A DNA stretch of 64,000 nucleotides from the NCBI RefSeq assembly GCF_037042905.1, contig NC_087252.1, positions 24,368,001-24,432,000 on the forward strand. Reading direction: 5' to 3'. Below the pieces are notes generated by a model. That model searched no databases. It saw only the letters and a program-made list of their open reading frames with translations, and was not told where the DNA came from. Source of the DNA: Lytechinus pictus. Lineage: Eukaryota. Numbering within the stretch: position 1 is the stretch's first letter; each line of letters opens with the position of its first letter. Positions 1 to 40,079 of the stretch are shown here, piece by piece. The position numbers and the translations under genes are program-made.

Positions 1-340
1 CATTCTAATCATATGACAAAATGATTCATCAATGATATAATGTTGTGAAACCTCTGTACTTGTCCTCTCATAAAGAGAACACCTCACCTTGTGATAGACT
101 ATAAAAGTTAGAATATAAGTGAAATAAGTACTAAAGTAACGAGGGAGTTGTACGTGTGTGACATCACAGATCTTGGTCGCATTGCCAATGGGAGGATCTA
201 CATGGCATTAGTGATCTCAATATTCAAATGCTCATAACTTTCTCATTATTCATTCAATCTTCCTCAAATTTTCAACAATATGTTTCTTTGATTTTTCTCT
301 TTGATATGGATTCAGCTGGTTTCATGGGTTTCATTCTCCT
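1..340. mobile_element. Right end of a Kolobok-like non-autonomous DNA element
   Basis: Ends ...cattctcct followed by TTAA; left end is outside the window. Confidence 0.3.
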
Positions 341-2072
341 TTAAAGTTACCGAATTTGACACTTTTGCGAAGAAACAGTGTAGAAATTATCGTAAAGGAA
401 AACAATGTGTGCATGGAAATGAGTTAAGAAACTATTATTTGAATAACATAGTAAAAAGAAATTATAAAAGCAGGTTTATTGAAACATTGAAGTAATTATA
501 TAAAGCAGGATTACATGTATAAAAGAAGGTTTGTAGAAACATAAAAGAGGGTTTAAAGAAGCAGATGGTTTATATAGAAACATATAAAAGAAGGTTTATA
601 GAAACATGCATTTATGATCACTTAAAGAAAGTTGTAAATAAGCTCCTAGATAAAGGAATAAAAAAATCAAAAGAAGTATAGCTTACAAAGAACATCCCAA
701 AGAAAAAAAATACAGAAAAGATGCACATGAAATAAATCAAAATGATACACTTTTAATATACTTTAGGATAGATGCTCACCAAAACATATTTGGCTATACA
801 TGGAGTTGAGTCATCCATTCATAATTGAAAGAAACTTTATCAAATATTCATCATCTATTTTCATCTATTTCTTATTCATCTTGATCATGATATAGAGGGC
901 AAGTTTCATAGGAAAGTTTGGAGTGAATTTCTACCCCCCCCGATATCTCAGTCTTTCTTCACTTTGCTTTGGTTATACTTATTTATTGTTAATATTTCTT
1001 TCTATATTACTTCTTTATTGTCTTTGCGACTTTTTTTCTTTCTCTTTGTCTATCTTTATTTTTCTCCTTTATTTTTCTCTTTCTTTTCTTCCTCAATAGA
1101 TTATCTTAATATTTTCCTTCACATTTGAGTTTTTCTCTCCCTCATATTTCACATGTCTTTTTCATACTTCAATAAATTTCATCTAGTTGCCCACCTGTTC
1201 TCTTCTCTCCTGTTTTTGTCCTCTCTCTGTCTGTCGGTTGTTCATCTGCTTTGCCCCCTTTCCAAAGTTGCCCTTTCACGTTTCTTCTCCAATCAAGAGT
1301 TCAAAACATTGTGTAATAACACAGAAATAGATCATGAACACCTTTTGCCTTGCATTGGCCAATTTTAATCAGACACGATTTGCGTTATTACTCTTCAATG
1401 AGAGTAATGCGAAGGGTTCTCTGGCCTAAAAATAGAGCGACACTTCACCCAATAAACTTGGTTTAACACATGTTCAGTGTACGACAAATAATGCTCTCGA
1501 TATATCGTGATGAGACAGAATAATTGGCTTGACTATGTAGCTCATATTCTACGTGTAATAGCTCAGGAGAAGCGAGGGGTATACATATATACTCATCAAC
1601 CAATTACAGTAATGGCTCAAAAATAAAAGCAAATATTTCCCCCTTTCGTTCTCTCCTCGAAATTGCTCATATGACGATGACGTCGAGAGTATCCCAGCCA
1701 TGGGTTTGTGAGAGAGGTGCGTTGTCGGGATGACATTGCAAACGATGTGATGTTAAGCCTTGCTCCCAGGCTCTCGGATGTATTATATATTTTCCCCGTC
1801 AGGTGATTTGGATGATTAAAAATCATAATTTCCATGAACATGTATAATTATTCAGAATGCACTGTATGTTCAGACGATGCTCTTGCAGGGCATAAAAAAT
1901 GCATTGATTATGAAAAAGATGGTTAAGTTAAATCAGACTATCCACAGCCAATCTGGATATATTTTTAATCCTTTGAATTTAGAGTGTATAGTTTTCTCCT
2001 TATAATTTCTCTCTTTTTATATTTTCCCCTTTGTATTCTATTTTATATTTTGCAACTACTAGTTACAGTGTG

Positions 2073-2311
2073 CACTGTAAAAACTGCGGTGTTAAAACTG
2101 ACACCAGTTGGTGTTAATAGAGGACCACACCCCGAGGTGTTAAAATTACACCCTAGAGATTGAACATAACACCAAAGAGTGTAAATGTAACAACCAAAGG
2201 TGTTGTAATAACACCTATAGGTGCAAAACTAACACCACCAATTTAACACGGGTGTAAAATAACTGGTGTGGTCCTCTATGTACACTGGTTAACACCACAG
2301 TTTTTGCTGTG
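2073..2311. mobile_element. CACTA/EnSpm-like MITE
   Basis: Imperfect TIRs cactgtaaaaactgcggtgttaa / ttaacaccacagtttttgctgtg, internal ggtgttaa/taacacc repeats, flanking TG 2-bp duplication. Confidence 0.65.
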
Positions 2312-4186
2312 TGTGTTTGTGAATCTCTTGCCTCAGTCACACTTAACGAAACCGACCCCAAACCGACCAACGGTATGTCATTGGTAATAACCTAAATAGC
2401 TTTGGTCTGTTTGGTGTCTGTTTCAATGGTGTGACTGCAGCAGCATAACTATCTTTTAAAAAGTTGATTCATTTCTTTGTTCTCAACAAGCCCAACCTGA
2501 CTCATCTCTGTATAATTGATGCAAGTATGAAAGGAAGGGTGTGTTCAGGGCAATGATATAAAACGCTTTTTATCGGCTTGTGTGCTGTATCAAAGGCTGC
2601 CGAAATTAATGAAAAAAAATTGTTTGATGGCTCATAAGACATTCATTTATTCATTTTTAAAACTTTTTATTTATTTATTCATTTGTTTGGTTCTTCATTC
2701 ATTCATTCATTCATTCATTCTTTCACCTGTCCGTCCGTCCGTCCATCCATCCATTTGTTTCTGCATGTTTCGACAGTTTACATCTTATGATCATGAACAT
2801 TACAGCATATGATAAACATTTATAAAAATATTCAATTATTTCACAATTGCATATGTCAATTGCATAGAAGCATAGAGAATTTTGAGAAAAAAATACTTTA
2901 TTTTTATTGATCCAATACTTAAGTGAACATAATATTTTGCAACAAATATCTTTCAAATGCATGATTCTAGACCAAAAATTATTCGCTTGAACACATCGTA
3001 GATGTTGGGTTGGTCTGAGCCTTGTATGTGATAGAGATGGAATCGGTAATGAGGAAATACTAATAACAGACTATGAATCATAAAACCAGCGGAGATCTTT
3101 ATTGCCATTTGGCCTTTTAAAAAAAAAATCAATTTGGGGTACCCGGTAGTGATCTTTTTAAAACAGCAAAAATGCTGTTTAAAATTTCATACTTTATGCT
3201 TGGGTATGTCATCTGAAATGTATCGTGAGAAGTGGGAAAATTTGGAGTGGATAAGACAATGCTAGATTAGTCTTTTGAGTGATGAGAATGATGCATGGCA
3301 TAATAAAAAAAAGAGCTATGTGGTAGTTAATGTTAGCTTTTGAAATACATCCTTAACATTTTAAATTCAGCATTTTCTCTTTTGACTATTTATTTATTTA
3401 TCTATTTATCTATTTATCTATTTATTTATTTATTTATTCATGCATGAATAGGTATTGGATAGATGTAAAGAGAAAAATATTATTTAGAGGTGTTCTACTG
3501 GGATTCCTTCACGAAAAATAATGATGAATTTATAGGTATTCTAGATAAACATGAAGGTGTATATCGTAAGGAAATATGTATCAGTATTAGATGTATTAAA
3601 TTATAATTCCTCCCATTTGTTTTGCTTCCTTCTTTGGCCTCCTCTTAACATGGGTAATGACAAAATCCTTTGTTGTCATCTTTCAGCTTTTCCCAAAATG
3701 GCACAAACTAAGATTTAGGGAAACCAAATGTTGATCTATTTATTGTCTGAAAGGCTTTGCGGTTTTCAACAGCAAATCTTGTGGCTGGCTCGTGAAGAGC
3801 AAAGACTTGCTCCGACAAGAATACATGATGCTTCACCGGAACTCTTCAGATATTGCCATATATCCAAACTGGAAGAAGATACAGTGATTTATATGGTTCA
3901 AAGGATTATATTCTGTAATGTCATCTGTTTTGCGGCGTGCCATTTGTATTTGATGTCCAGCAGAAAAGAGCACATAGTAAAATTCAAATTTTCATATTTG
4001 AGATTAGAGGATATCAACCATGGTATCCTTAGAGATTAATTGTAATATTGAAAAAGGATGAAAAAAGTCTTGGATTCTATTCCAAGTAAACATGAAAATC
4101 GTCACTGGACATTGCAGTTTGATCCCTCTTAAGCCAATATTCATCAAGTATCCTTAACGTGTGTTCATTCTTTACTTTCGTTTCAG

Positions 4187-30571
<26,385 letters not shown>

Positions 30572-33500
30572 AAGCCCTCCTACCATGGCCATGCAAGGAG
30601 TAGCACCCCCGGAGCAGCCAGTTCGGGGATGACCCATATAGCTCTTCATGGGCAACCGAATATCAATCTGCAAGGGAGTGGGAGTGGTAACCAGACACCA
30701 AAATGAAAGCCCTTCTACCATTGTCATGCAAGGAGGAGCACCCCCGGTGCAGCCAGTTCAGGGGTGACATGTATAGCTGGGCAACCACCTATCAATCTGC
30801 AAGGGATTGTTAGTAGTAACCAGACTTCAAAATGAATGCAAGAGAAGAACCCTTCTGTATTGAAGAATGTATCTTCATAAACCCTTCACAGGCAATGTAA
30901 ATCATCATGAAACATAAAATCATGTCATTGAAAGTCATCTGAAGTTTCAGTGTTACACAAGCCCCAAGTATAACAATATTCTGACCACCAATAGGTCTTT
31001 TGTTGAAGTTATTCAAAATCAATCAAATTTAATAAATTCCAAGCACTTAATATGCATGATGATTGTCGAATTAAGATGCCGATGTTCGATGCATGAAATA
31101 TGAATAATACTGCTCAGTGAATGAGCACCATGCTAATTAACTGCGTTTGCTTTTGATATATCCTGACGCTTGCAATTCTCAACGCTTAGCGAGCCCCAAA
31201 GAAAAGGAAGAAAGTTCAAAGCGATTTTATGAATACTTGATGAAGAAAGGCAATGTTCTTTTTGCAATATGGAGGTATTTGGTGATGTCAGAGAAGGAAA
31301 ATGGAGCAAAGCGCGTTTGCTCGATTGGTGCAATGAATAATGTGTTCATGTTATAGCATAGAAACGTTTTTGAAACGGTGTTCGAGGGGCAGTTCTATAA
31401 TATAATCAACCTTTTTCGTCCAACCCCCATATCTCTTCGATTTAACTTCATGAACTGCTCAATCCATGAACATTTGAAAGCATAGCGACTTCTTGTGTCA
31501 ACTTGAAAACAGAGACAAATTATTTCAGGAATCTCCATTATTTGGAGGGTCGGACAAACATATTTCATACCATTGCCCAGATGCAAGGGAAGGTTGTGAA
31601 AATAAAAGCAATATTCTTTATCCATGAATGTGATGATGTCATGTACACGGTGAAATATTTGAAATATTACTATCTCTAATATGAATGATAGCGGAGGAAC
31701 CTAATGCAGAAGATCACGATTCTTGTGTATTTATCAAGGCCGCGGACATCCCACTATTTGAGAGTTTCCTCAAGAGATTGAAAAAAAAAAGGATGAAGGG
31801 AAATAATGTTTCTATCTTGAAGCAAGAGTTATACTTTACACTCCAAAATTGAGATAGTAATATTTCTAATATGAATGATATCGGAGGAATATAAAGCAAA
31901 AGATGATGATTGGTATGAATGAAGCAAGGTCACATTCTCTCGCTATTTAAGAATTTCCTAAAGAGGTGAAAAAAAAGATGAAGAAAAGTGTGGATATTTG
32001 TAGGAATGAAGCACTGGTTATGTTCACATAACTCTCTTGAATTATTTCTAGGTAGCTTGAAAGATAAAGCTAATTTCAATTGTATTGTGTCAATGAATTT
32101 GTAGTGTATTGATTAGGGGAATGTTTCTGATACATATCTGTTATAAGCTACAGGTATGGAAATCCTTGCATCTGATTGGCTCAGAGCAAATTTGTCAATT
32201 AAAGTCGCTGATTATCGCTCCATGAACCGAGGGAGCATTTCACGTAAAGTTCTGTCAGGGATTTTCACTATCTAATCTCCCCTCAGCCAATCAGATCCAA
32301 GGATTTTAGTAGCTTATAACAATAGTCAGTGTAAATCACTAACTACATGGTACATGAATCACTCCCTAGGAGAGGAAGTAGACAAAAATTTTATGACAAA
32401 ATACCAGTCATGGGGAATATAAATTATGATCAATTGCAACTACTGACTTATGGATAAATGACCTGTAGACAATTTGTATCAAACTGATTGAAAATGTTGG
32501 AAGTTTTGAGCAAAAAGTAATTCGCGTCGAGGAAAAGTGATCTGCTAATTCTGGTAATCTATCTGTTCTGGGTACTCGAGTACTCATTGAGTGCCTTGGA
32601 GTCGTGTTTGAAATTTCAAGTTATATTTCAAATTCTTTCATCTGTATTGATTTTAAAACAAACATATATAAAAAAAAATCACATTCCTTTTAACCCAATT
32701 TCTATTTTGCATGGTTAAAACTCATTAAAACATTTAAGTTTTACTATTATGAGAATAATTTGGCTGAAGTACTGTGGGATGAACTTATTCCTAAATTTAC
32801 ACCTAAATGAACTTGAGCTTTGCTAAACCTATGAATGTTATGGGACATGTATGACAATTCAGTTAATGAACTGGGATGGAAGGGGATAGGGTATTCAATA
32901 TAATCTTTCAGGAAAATTAACCAGCTCATCTCTTTGCCCTTCCCTTTTTAATCATGGCGACTCAAATTGAAAGCAACACAAATAAGGAAGGAAGTATGGT
33001 AAACTACTTGCTTAGAAACTCGGTGATAACCTAGATCATATAGGTTAATGCTTTTGTCTAAGACTGATTCATCAGACCCAAAGAGATTGTCCCAAAATCA
33101 AAATATTAATATCACTGATCAGATAGATTGTTTGAAACCCATTCACACAAAGCTCCTTTTTTGACAAGCAAGGTGTGCCCAGTTTGCACAGTGAAGTGTG
33201 AACGCACTATATGTATATTTTTCGCGAATTCAATGGTTTGCATGTGTATTCTGCTATCAGTTTTCACGTTTACAAACCGTAAGAAGAGGCGGGAAAAGGA
33301 TTGGAGCACATAAGTGTCTAAATACATTCATGCTGCATGTGTACAGGGCCAAGTTACATAAAACTTCGCAATTGATCATTGGGCCAGTATTTACGAGTGA
33401 TCGCATTGAGTATTGTTCATGATCAATCGTAAAAACCAGCCCCATGATCGATCGCCAAGCTTCATGTTACACGGCCCAGGGTCCCGCAACGCAAAGATTA

Positions 33501-35906
33501 ATCATACGCGTGATATTAACGATTGACTGTACACTGTCGTCTCTGCAATCGATCGTTAAAAAATGTTCTGCGATGATTGCTACGCTTTGTGTTGCGGGCC
33601 CCTGATCGTTATTTGACTAAGATTGTGTGATAATGAAGTATGTTCTAGTATTCTCAGAAATATTACAGTGTGTGACTATGGAAGTGGTATTATGCTTGTG
33701 TATAGTGGTTTTCATACTCGTACGTTGCCATGACAATGCATGACTTTCCTTCACTCTCATGGCGGAGTAGTGTCTTTTAAAATTGCATTTCGGATGACGG
33801 CAGGTAAAAATTCAGTGGTAGGTTATTGGGTGTTTTTTTTAAAGAAAATATTTGTATCGGGCAGTTGGATATGATCATTCCATCAATGTTTTTGTTATCG
33901 ACTGTGTGAATCGTATAAGTGAGTTTCTCCCATATGAAGGATGCACTTTGTGACGATATTAGTTCGTTGGATATTTTGTCAGTGGCTTTGGTGTTGTTTC
34001 CATGGGAATGAATGACCTTGGAAGAATACGAAGTTGTCGTTTTCAATGAAATTCTTACCGTGAACTTGTTTGCATGTACGTTTCGATGAAATTCTGACCG
34101 TGAACTGTTTTCTTGTACATTTCAATGAAATTCTTAATGTAATTTGCTGCAGCTTTTTGAATAGAAATGTAATTTAACAGTAACTAGATGAGCTTTATGT
34201 GGTGAAATGCTATGCTTTTCTTCCTCCGTAGACCTTGTTCTGTGCTTTAATGCATATCTTGAATTGCTGTTGTTTTTGTTTGTATCGAGATACAAGCCGA
34301 CATTATTATAATATAATGTAAATTTCCTGAATGGTTGAAATGCATATCTGGGTGTCAAATCCACCTCAAAATGGGATTATTTCAGTTTTGTCTGTCTCAG
34401 CATTTAGTATATCTTGGAATAACATAGCGAAGATATTTTTAAAGAAATTCAACAATTAATGGTTTTGGAGAAATGTTAGGATTCAGTGAGTGCTTTCAGC
34501 GGTGATGTTGGATAATATTTTAATGTGTACTGTAATGAGGGTGGTTTGATTAGTATGCTCTGTCGAGGTCCAAACTGCTGTCACCTAAAGGTTAACCCAT
34601 TGTCTACTGTCTCGTATGGTGGCTCCTGTTTAAAGCTTCTCAAAGTTGATGCGTTCAGTGGCAAACGGATGAATGAAGTCACTCATTATGGTTTCAAGCA
34701 GATGAATCCTTCAATGGGCTGTGTATGTAATGCCTGTTGAGAGGTCTACCTTATGTAGCAACGGTACTCTCTTTTCAATATTATGCAAATTTACTGCAGA
34801 AATTGTTGCAAAAATATGTACACAATGCCTTGTGAGAGGACTACTGATGTTGCAACGGCACTCTCTTTTGAGAATCATGGAATTTTTCTGCAGAAATTGT
34901 TGCCAAATTGGGATTGTATTACTCAAAGAGTACATTTATCGATGACTCATGTATGCAGTCGGTGTTGTATATTGTATACGTTTAGCAATGTCCTTCTCTC
35001 AGCCATAGACTATACACGTATACTGCATTCTTTCATTATATATCAGTCCTTTCTTAAATTTCTTTTCATTAGAAGACTGGGATGGGATTCTTAAGGTATT
35101 TTCACTTCAAGATTGATATTCACAAATTGCTAACATTTGTTGTGTAGATAGTGTCACCATACAAATGATATTTTTGCTACATTTGGTAAAAAGAATGTAA
35201 TTTGCGGTGTAAAGTGTACATACTATGTCCTATCCTTTTGTAAATAATTTGTATATACATGGCGAATGTATAGAGTGTGAATGGCGGGCTGTTTCACATG
35301 GTGGTCGTGTTCGGAGCTGGATGGACTTAAGTACGGATTTGAAACCTTCTTGCAATAGATCATGTATGTACTGTAGATATATGTAGTCGTGTGTGTATAT
35401 GTGATGCTTTCGTGGAACGATGCCAAAAGTGTATACAAGCTTGACGATGCGTATTAATCATAAACCAAAGTTAACCCACCCCAGCAGGCTTAGCGGGTAT
35501 GTTGCTTTAAATATCAGACCACTCCTTAGTTTGCTAGTATAACGGTGAATGAAGTGATGTGTTTCTTCTAATCATTTATTTAAATAGGATAAAAATGCCT
35601 ACATGTATGTCAGATTTAAACAAGCTGGTTTCATTATAACTGCGCATACTCCTCAAGGGTGGCTTTAGGTCGCAATAGTACTTTGTGGTGTATTTTAAAA
35701 AAAAGGTGGATTTTAAATTGAAAGTCCTGTATAAGTGTCTGTGCACATACAAAATGGAACATGTAATCTCGTTGGTAGATTATGCTATAGTGTTCATGAT
35801 CTGGCCAATGAGGAGGCGTGTTGTATACTGCATGAAATCCTGGAATATCGGCACGATTTCAATTTTAAATCGACGTCTTGTGAGAGCCAACCTTGGCCCT
35901 GTGGCA

Positions 35907-36002
35907 ATCAAAGATGCGATCAATCAAAGATGCGATCAATCAAAGATGCGATCAAACAAAGATGCGATCAATCAAAGATGCGATCAATCAAAGATGCGAT
36001 CA
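35907..36002 (+). repeat. 16-bp minisatellite (ATCAAAGATGCGATCA)x6
   Basis: Six units with one substitution in unit 4. Confidence 0.95.
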
Positions 36003-36168
36003 GTCATACAACGGAGTGTGACTGGAAGCCTATGGGGAACCATGTACTACAGTTAAAATTGATTGCAAATATTACTTGCATCTATTACAGGGCTCTGTTT
36101 CACTGTGCATTGCTGTGTTTCATATATAACAACATTATAGATTAAATATGACTTCATGCATACACACG

Positions 36169-36374
36169 CAGAGCTGCCAAGTAGTACTGATTTTCCGTAT
36201 TTAGTACTGAAAATAGAGAAGAATACTGATGGTTTCATGCAAAATACTGATTTCTAAAGTTTTAGTTTATGTGTTGTCCTATGGTATTCTTGTGAAAATA
36301 CTAATTTCCTCACCAAAATACTGATTTTCAGCCTTGAATATACTGAAATGTTCTTGTTCAGGTTGGCAGCTCTG
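36169..36374. mobile_element. MITE with CAGAGCTGCCAA TIRs and 6-bp TSD (CACACG)
   Basis: cacacg|cagagctgccaa ... ttggcagctctg|cacacg; internal tactga repeats. Confidence 0.8.
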
Positions 36375-38259
36375 CACACGATGTGTAAAATATGATGTGA
36401 GAAGATGTTAAAAAACATATCTTTTGACCTTCCCTATCTACAGAGAAGATTCTGTACTTTTAATGGAAAAAAAATGAGCTTAATGTTGGAGTGGAACGAG
36501 TGTTTAGCAAAATACATCTATTTTTCTATAGTGTATAGATAGAATTGTTAATGTGTTAACAGTATTTATGAAAGGATAAACTAATGTTTCTTGATTCTTG
36601 CCTGTTCATCCGTAGGAGATGGTGTGTTGTATTGAGAAAGCCTGCCATATGGGAGAGAGCGGTGCCTGGTCCCCTCTCATGGTGTATGATGCGATGCCTA
36701 ATTGAACAAAACTGTATCAAGTGTGTGATTGCTTGTCAAGGGAAAAGAAGGGAGTTTTACCAGTCTGGATTGGTTTCTCCCCTTTTCAGAAGCCATTTTA
36801 AAGTTGTAATTTTTTTTAAATTTGTGTTGTGAGCTGTTACGAAAATCAATGACGAAATTGATTGCCAACTCACGGCACAAAATATTAGTTTTGAAGCTTC
36901 ATTGTAATAGGAGTTAAACATTTTTTTCTCTGCAAGTTATTGAAATTTTATTTAAGTTAAAATTAGCTTTTGTTGGAGGCGAAATGTATTATTTTCATTA
37001 AAACACATTACGTGTACCATTGTATTAGGTATGTACTATATAGTGTAGACCCATGCTCTTGTCATGTACTGCAGTCTAACAATATATGTCTGAGAAATTC
37101 ATTCTACAGCCATCTTATACACATATCTAGACATGGACAGCTAGCTGTTTAAAACTATACGTTTTCAAAATGAATATGCGACCATTTAGCACCATCTGAT
37201 GAATCAAAACCAGATGATATTGTTACATTGCAATACGTGACAGGGATTTTGTTCCAAGGCGTGTGATATTTTCATCCTATTATACTAATGCCCGGAGGAA
37301 AGCGTTTAATGTATGCTGTATATTTGTTATTTTGTTTATAGAAGAAAAATGTTTTACGACTATTTTTAACCGAAATAAAGTGCAATGATTAAGATTTTCT
37401 ATATATTTCAGTAAGAAAAAAGCTATATTCTAGATTTAGATACAAAAAATGATGTGTGTATTCTGAGAAGATAGGTATGAAGTTGGTTGATGATCATTAT
37501 AATGATGAACACATTATATTATAGAGTTCCATTTTCGCCCTATGTGTGTTTAAGATGATTAAACTTTGTGATGCATATATATTCCTGCTTGATCTACACA
37601 TATATCCCATGAAATAGCGCAAAAAAAATGAAATTACTATAAAAGAGAATATAGTTGGTCCTAGAAATATTTGAGAATCTTTATATGCAGAGTGTTGTGA
37701 TGCATAATGACTACAGTATTTTTATAGGGGTGGGTGAATTACTCCGCAGTCGAGATTTGACGAGGATTTGTACACAATCCTCGCAAATTTGTAGAATTTT
37801 CGGAGTGTGTTATGCATTTGTATATGTTGCTATAGACTCCTACGAGTGGTTGCACTTGGCAACCCATTTCATACCCACTGTTTGTCGTAATGTATGGTGG
37901 AGTTTAGGAGAATAAAAAACGAGAAAATCTAGATAGTGTGATTTCGAGGATTTTTTTATGTTTTTGTCAGGCGAGCCATTGACTTTAGGAGAGAGAGATA
38001 TGTAGAAGAGATTGAGAGAGAATGAGAGAGGATGGGGAATAGGAGATTGGTTTGAAAAGAAGGGGGGGGGGGGGTAGGGAGAGAGGGAGAAAAATGGCCG
38101 TGGTAGGGTGAAGAAGATACTTTAAAAGAGCACAAAAGACAGGTACATGTAATTGTAGAACAAAAATATGATTGAGTAGAGATTAGATAAAAGTAGAGTA
38201 GAAATTAAAATGTTACAGGAGAGCCGAGAAAAAAATCATGAAGCCATCACTGAATCTAA

Positions 38260-38700
38260 AGCCCCCATCACACTTATTCCGAATCAAGCAGAATTGGCCT
38301 GAATGAAAGGACTATGTTTGACCACCAATTGGTCATTTAATCAATTTGGTCATCTACTTCCAACATCGTTCGAGAATACCCCTCGAATGTTTTGAACATG
38401 ACCAAAACCTTCGGGACGGCCAAAAGAAATGATAAAAATATTTCGAATGCACTCAGAATGCAGTCAGAATATTTAGAATGCCCCTAGAATGTCCAAGAAC
38501 GTAGCACGAATTATCAATCTGGCTCCATTGCGGTTCATTTTGACTAGTGTATGATGATACACCTGGTCAATTTACTGAATTTCATCTCCAGTTTGATGAA
38601 TTCAGAAGTTCCTCCCAAAAATTTCTAGATTTTTTGAATATTTTTTCTTTCCAGCTTCTGCTCGATTCCTGCTGATTCCGAATAAGTGTGACGGGGGTAT
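38260..38700. mobile_element. MITE (Harbinger-like)
   Basis: TIRs ccccatcacacttattccgaatcaagcag / ctgctgattccgaataagtgtgacgggg. Confidence 0.7.
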
Positions 38701-38765
38701 TAAGCAAATCTACGACCCGATTATCGATTGCTACGTCACCAGATCAAATCGGGTCACTCCGGTCA

Positions 38766-38814
38766 TCGCTGAGGAAGGCTGCAGTTATCAGCCGAAAATT
38801 CGCGGTAATTTCGA
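38766..38814 (+). ncRNA. Candidate minimal type-I hammerhead ribozyme (Penelope-type remnant)
   Basis: tcg-CTGAGGA-a-GGCTG(cagttat)CAGCC-GAAA-att(cgcggt)aatt-t-cga. Confidence 0.45.
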
Positions 38815-39059
38815 ATTCTTTGTGTTGAGACCAAAAGTTTCAACTTAATGTTACTGTATCTTGTTTTGTTCTTGCCCCTTTCTCTTCTTTGGTCTTCACC
38901 CCACTCATTCTTACTCTCCCATGAGCAGAGCACCCATCCTGAACAAGAGCTTTTCAGTTAGTTTAAAACTTGAAAATCAATGATTGTTAGGGAAACTGGG
39001 TGCAGGCGAAGTAGAGATCAATGGGGGGAATGTGACGAGGGGATAATAATCTGATAATG

Positions 39060-39620
39060 GATCAATTCAATTCTATTCAATTCAAAATTTATTTCAATCA
39101 ATCAATCAATCATAAAAAATACAGGTATATACAAATTACATAAAAACATGGGATTGGGAGCCCCTGGAAGTTTTCATTAAAAAAACTTGTGGATGGGGCA
39201 CCACCATCTATTCAATTAAATAAGAATAAATATAAGACATATATAAAGAGTGAACAACAAATAACACTGAAATACAATTTAAAGAAAAAAAAAGAATAAA
39301 GAAACAATGGGCTAATATAGGAGAAATAAACAAGTGTGGCATTGGCAGGAGTTTTTATACTGAGAGAAAAATTCAACTTTCAAAAGTTTTTAAAACTTAT
39401 TTTGGGTTTTACTTTGTTTAATATCATTATTTCAATCGTTCCACAGCTTGATTCCTCTACAACATAGGATTTTGGGTAATTTTAGTTTTTGGAAGATATT
39501 GGTGAAGATCTGATGAATGGAAAGAGGCATTTGCGTTGAAGAGATTATTAAAAATATTTGGCAAGAGATTTGAATGGTAATTGTACATGAATATATAAGT
39601 ATACATAAGAGCCAAGTCAC
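39060..39620 (-). mobile_element. Decayed 3' end of a CR1/L2-group LINE
   Basis: Minus-strand RGIKLWND resembles the C-terminal G.KLWN motif; (TTGAA)n-like tail. Confidence 0.35.
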
Positions 39621-39729
39621 AAATTTTCAATATTATACAATCAAGAAATAATTTGTTTGTGTGACTATCTATTCAAATGTGTTTTGAATCCATTTCCCCA
39701 AACAGCAATAAGTGAGATGGGGGTAAAAC

Positions 39730-39789
39730 CAACGAACGTAGAGGGCAGCAACACACAAGCTTGTGTGTTGCTGCCCTCTACGTTCGTTG
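39730..39789. mobile_element. 60-bp perfectly palindromic mini-element (CA..TG ends, 8-bp TSD GGTAAAAC)
   Basis: ggtaaaac|caacgaacgtagagggcagcaacacacaag-cttgtgtgttgctgccctctacgttcgttg|ggtaaaac. Confidence 0.8.
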
Positions 39790-40079
39790 GGTAAAACCAA
39801 AGTATTACCCAACCCAATCAACCCAACAATCAAAAATTCCGCGCCCAATCCGAGTACAAAGGAACAATGAAGGAATGCGGGAAAGAGATAAGGAATCAAG
39901 GCAAGGAAAAGATTCGAATAACAAAAAGAAAGATTCTGTCAATACATTAATGAGTGTAGCACCCCTGGATTTCATTATGTTTATTCTATTTGTGATACGT
40001 AAGTTACCACAGTCTGAAAACGATGATCAGTTTTTGGAATCTGTTGTACAAGCTAGTCGTAATTTCTTAAAGACAGACA

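Larger units (their letters stand above)
30572..37916 (+). other. Putative long cic 3' UTR (end uncertain; AATAAA near 37374 and 37911)
   Basis: TGT/TGTA-rich, non-coding; composition changes to purine-rich and TE-dense after ~37950; inference only. Confidence 0.4.

Noticed and set aside
30572..39000. Numerous short ORFs on both strands downstream of cic
   Set aside because: No recognisable domains, no consistent splice structure, UTR-like composition
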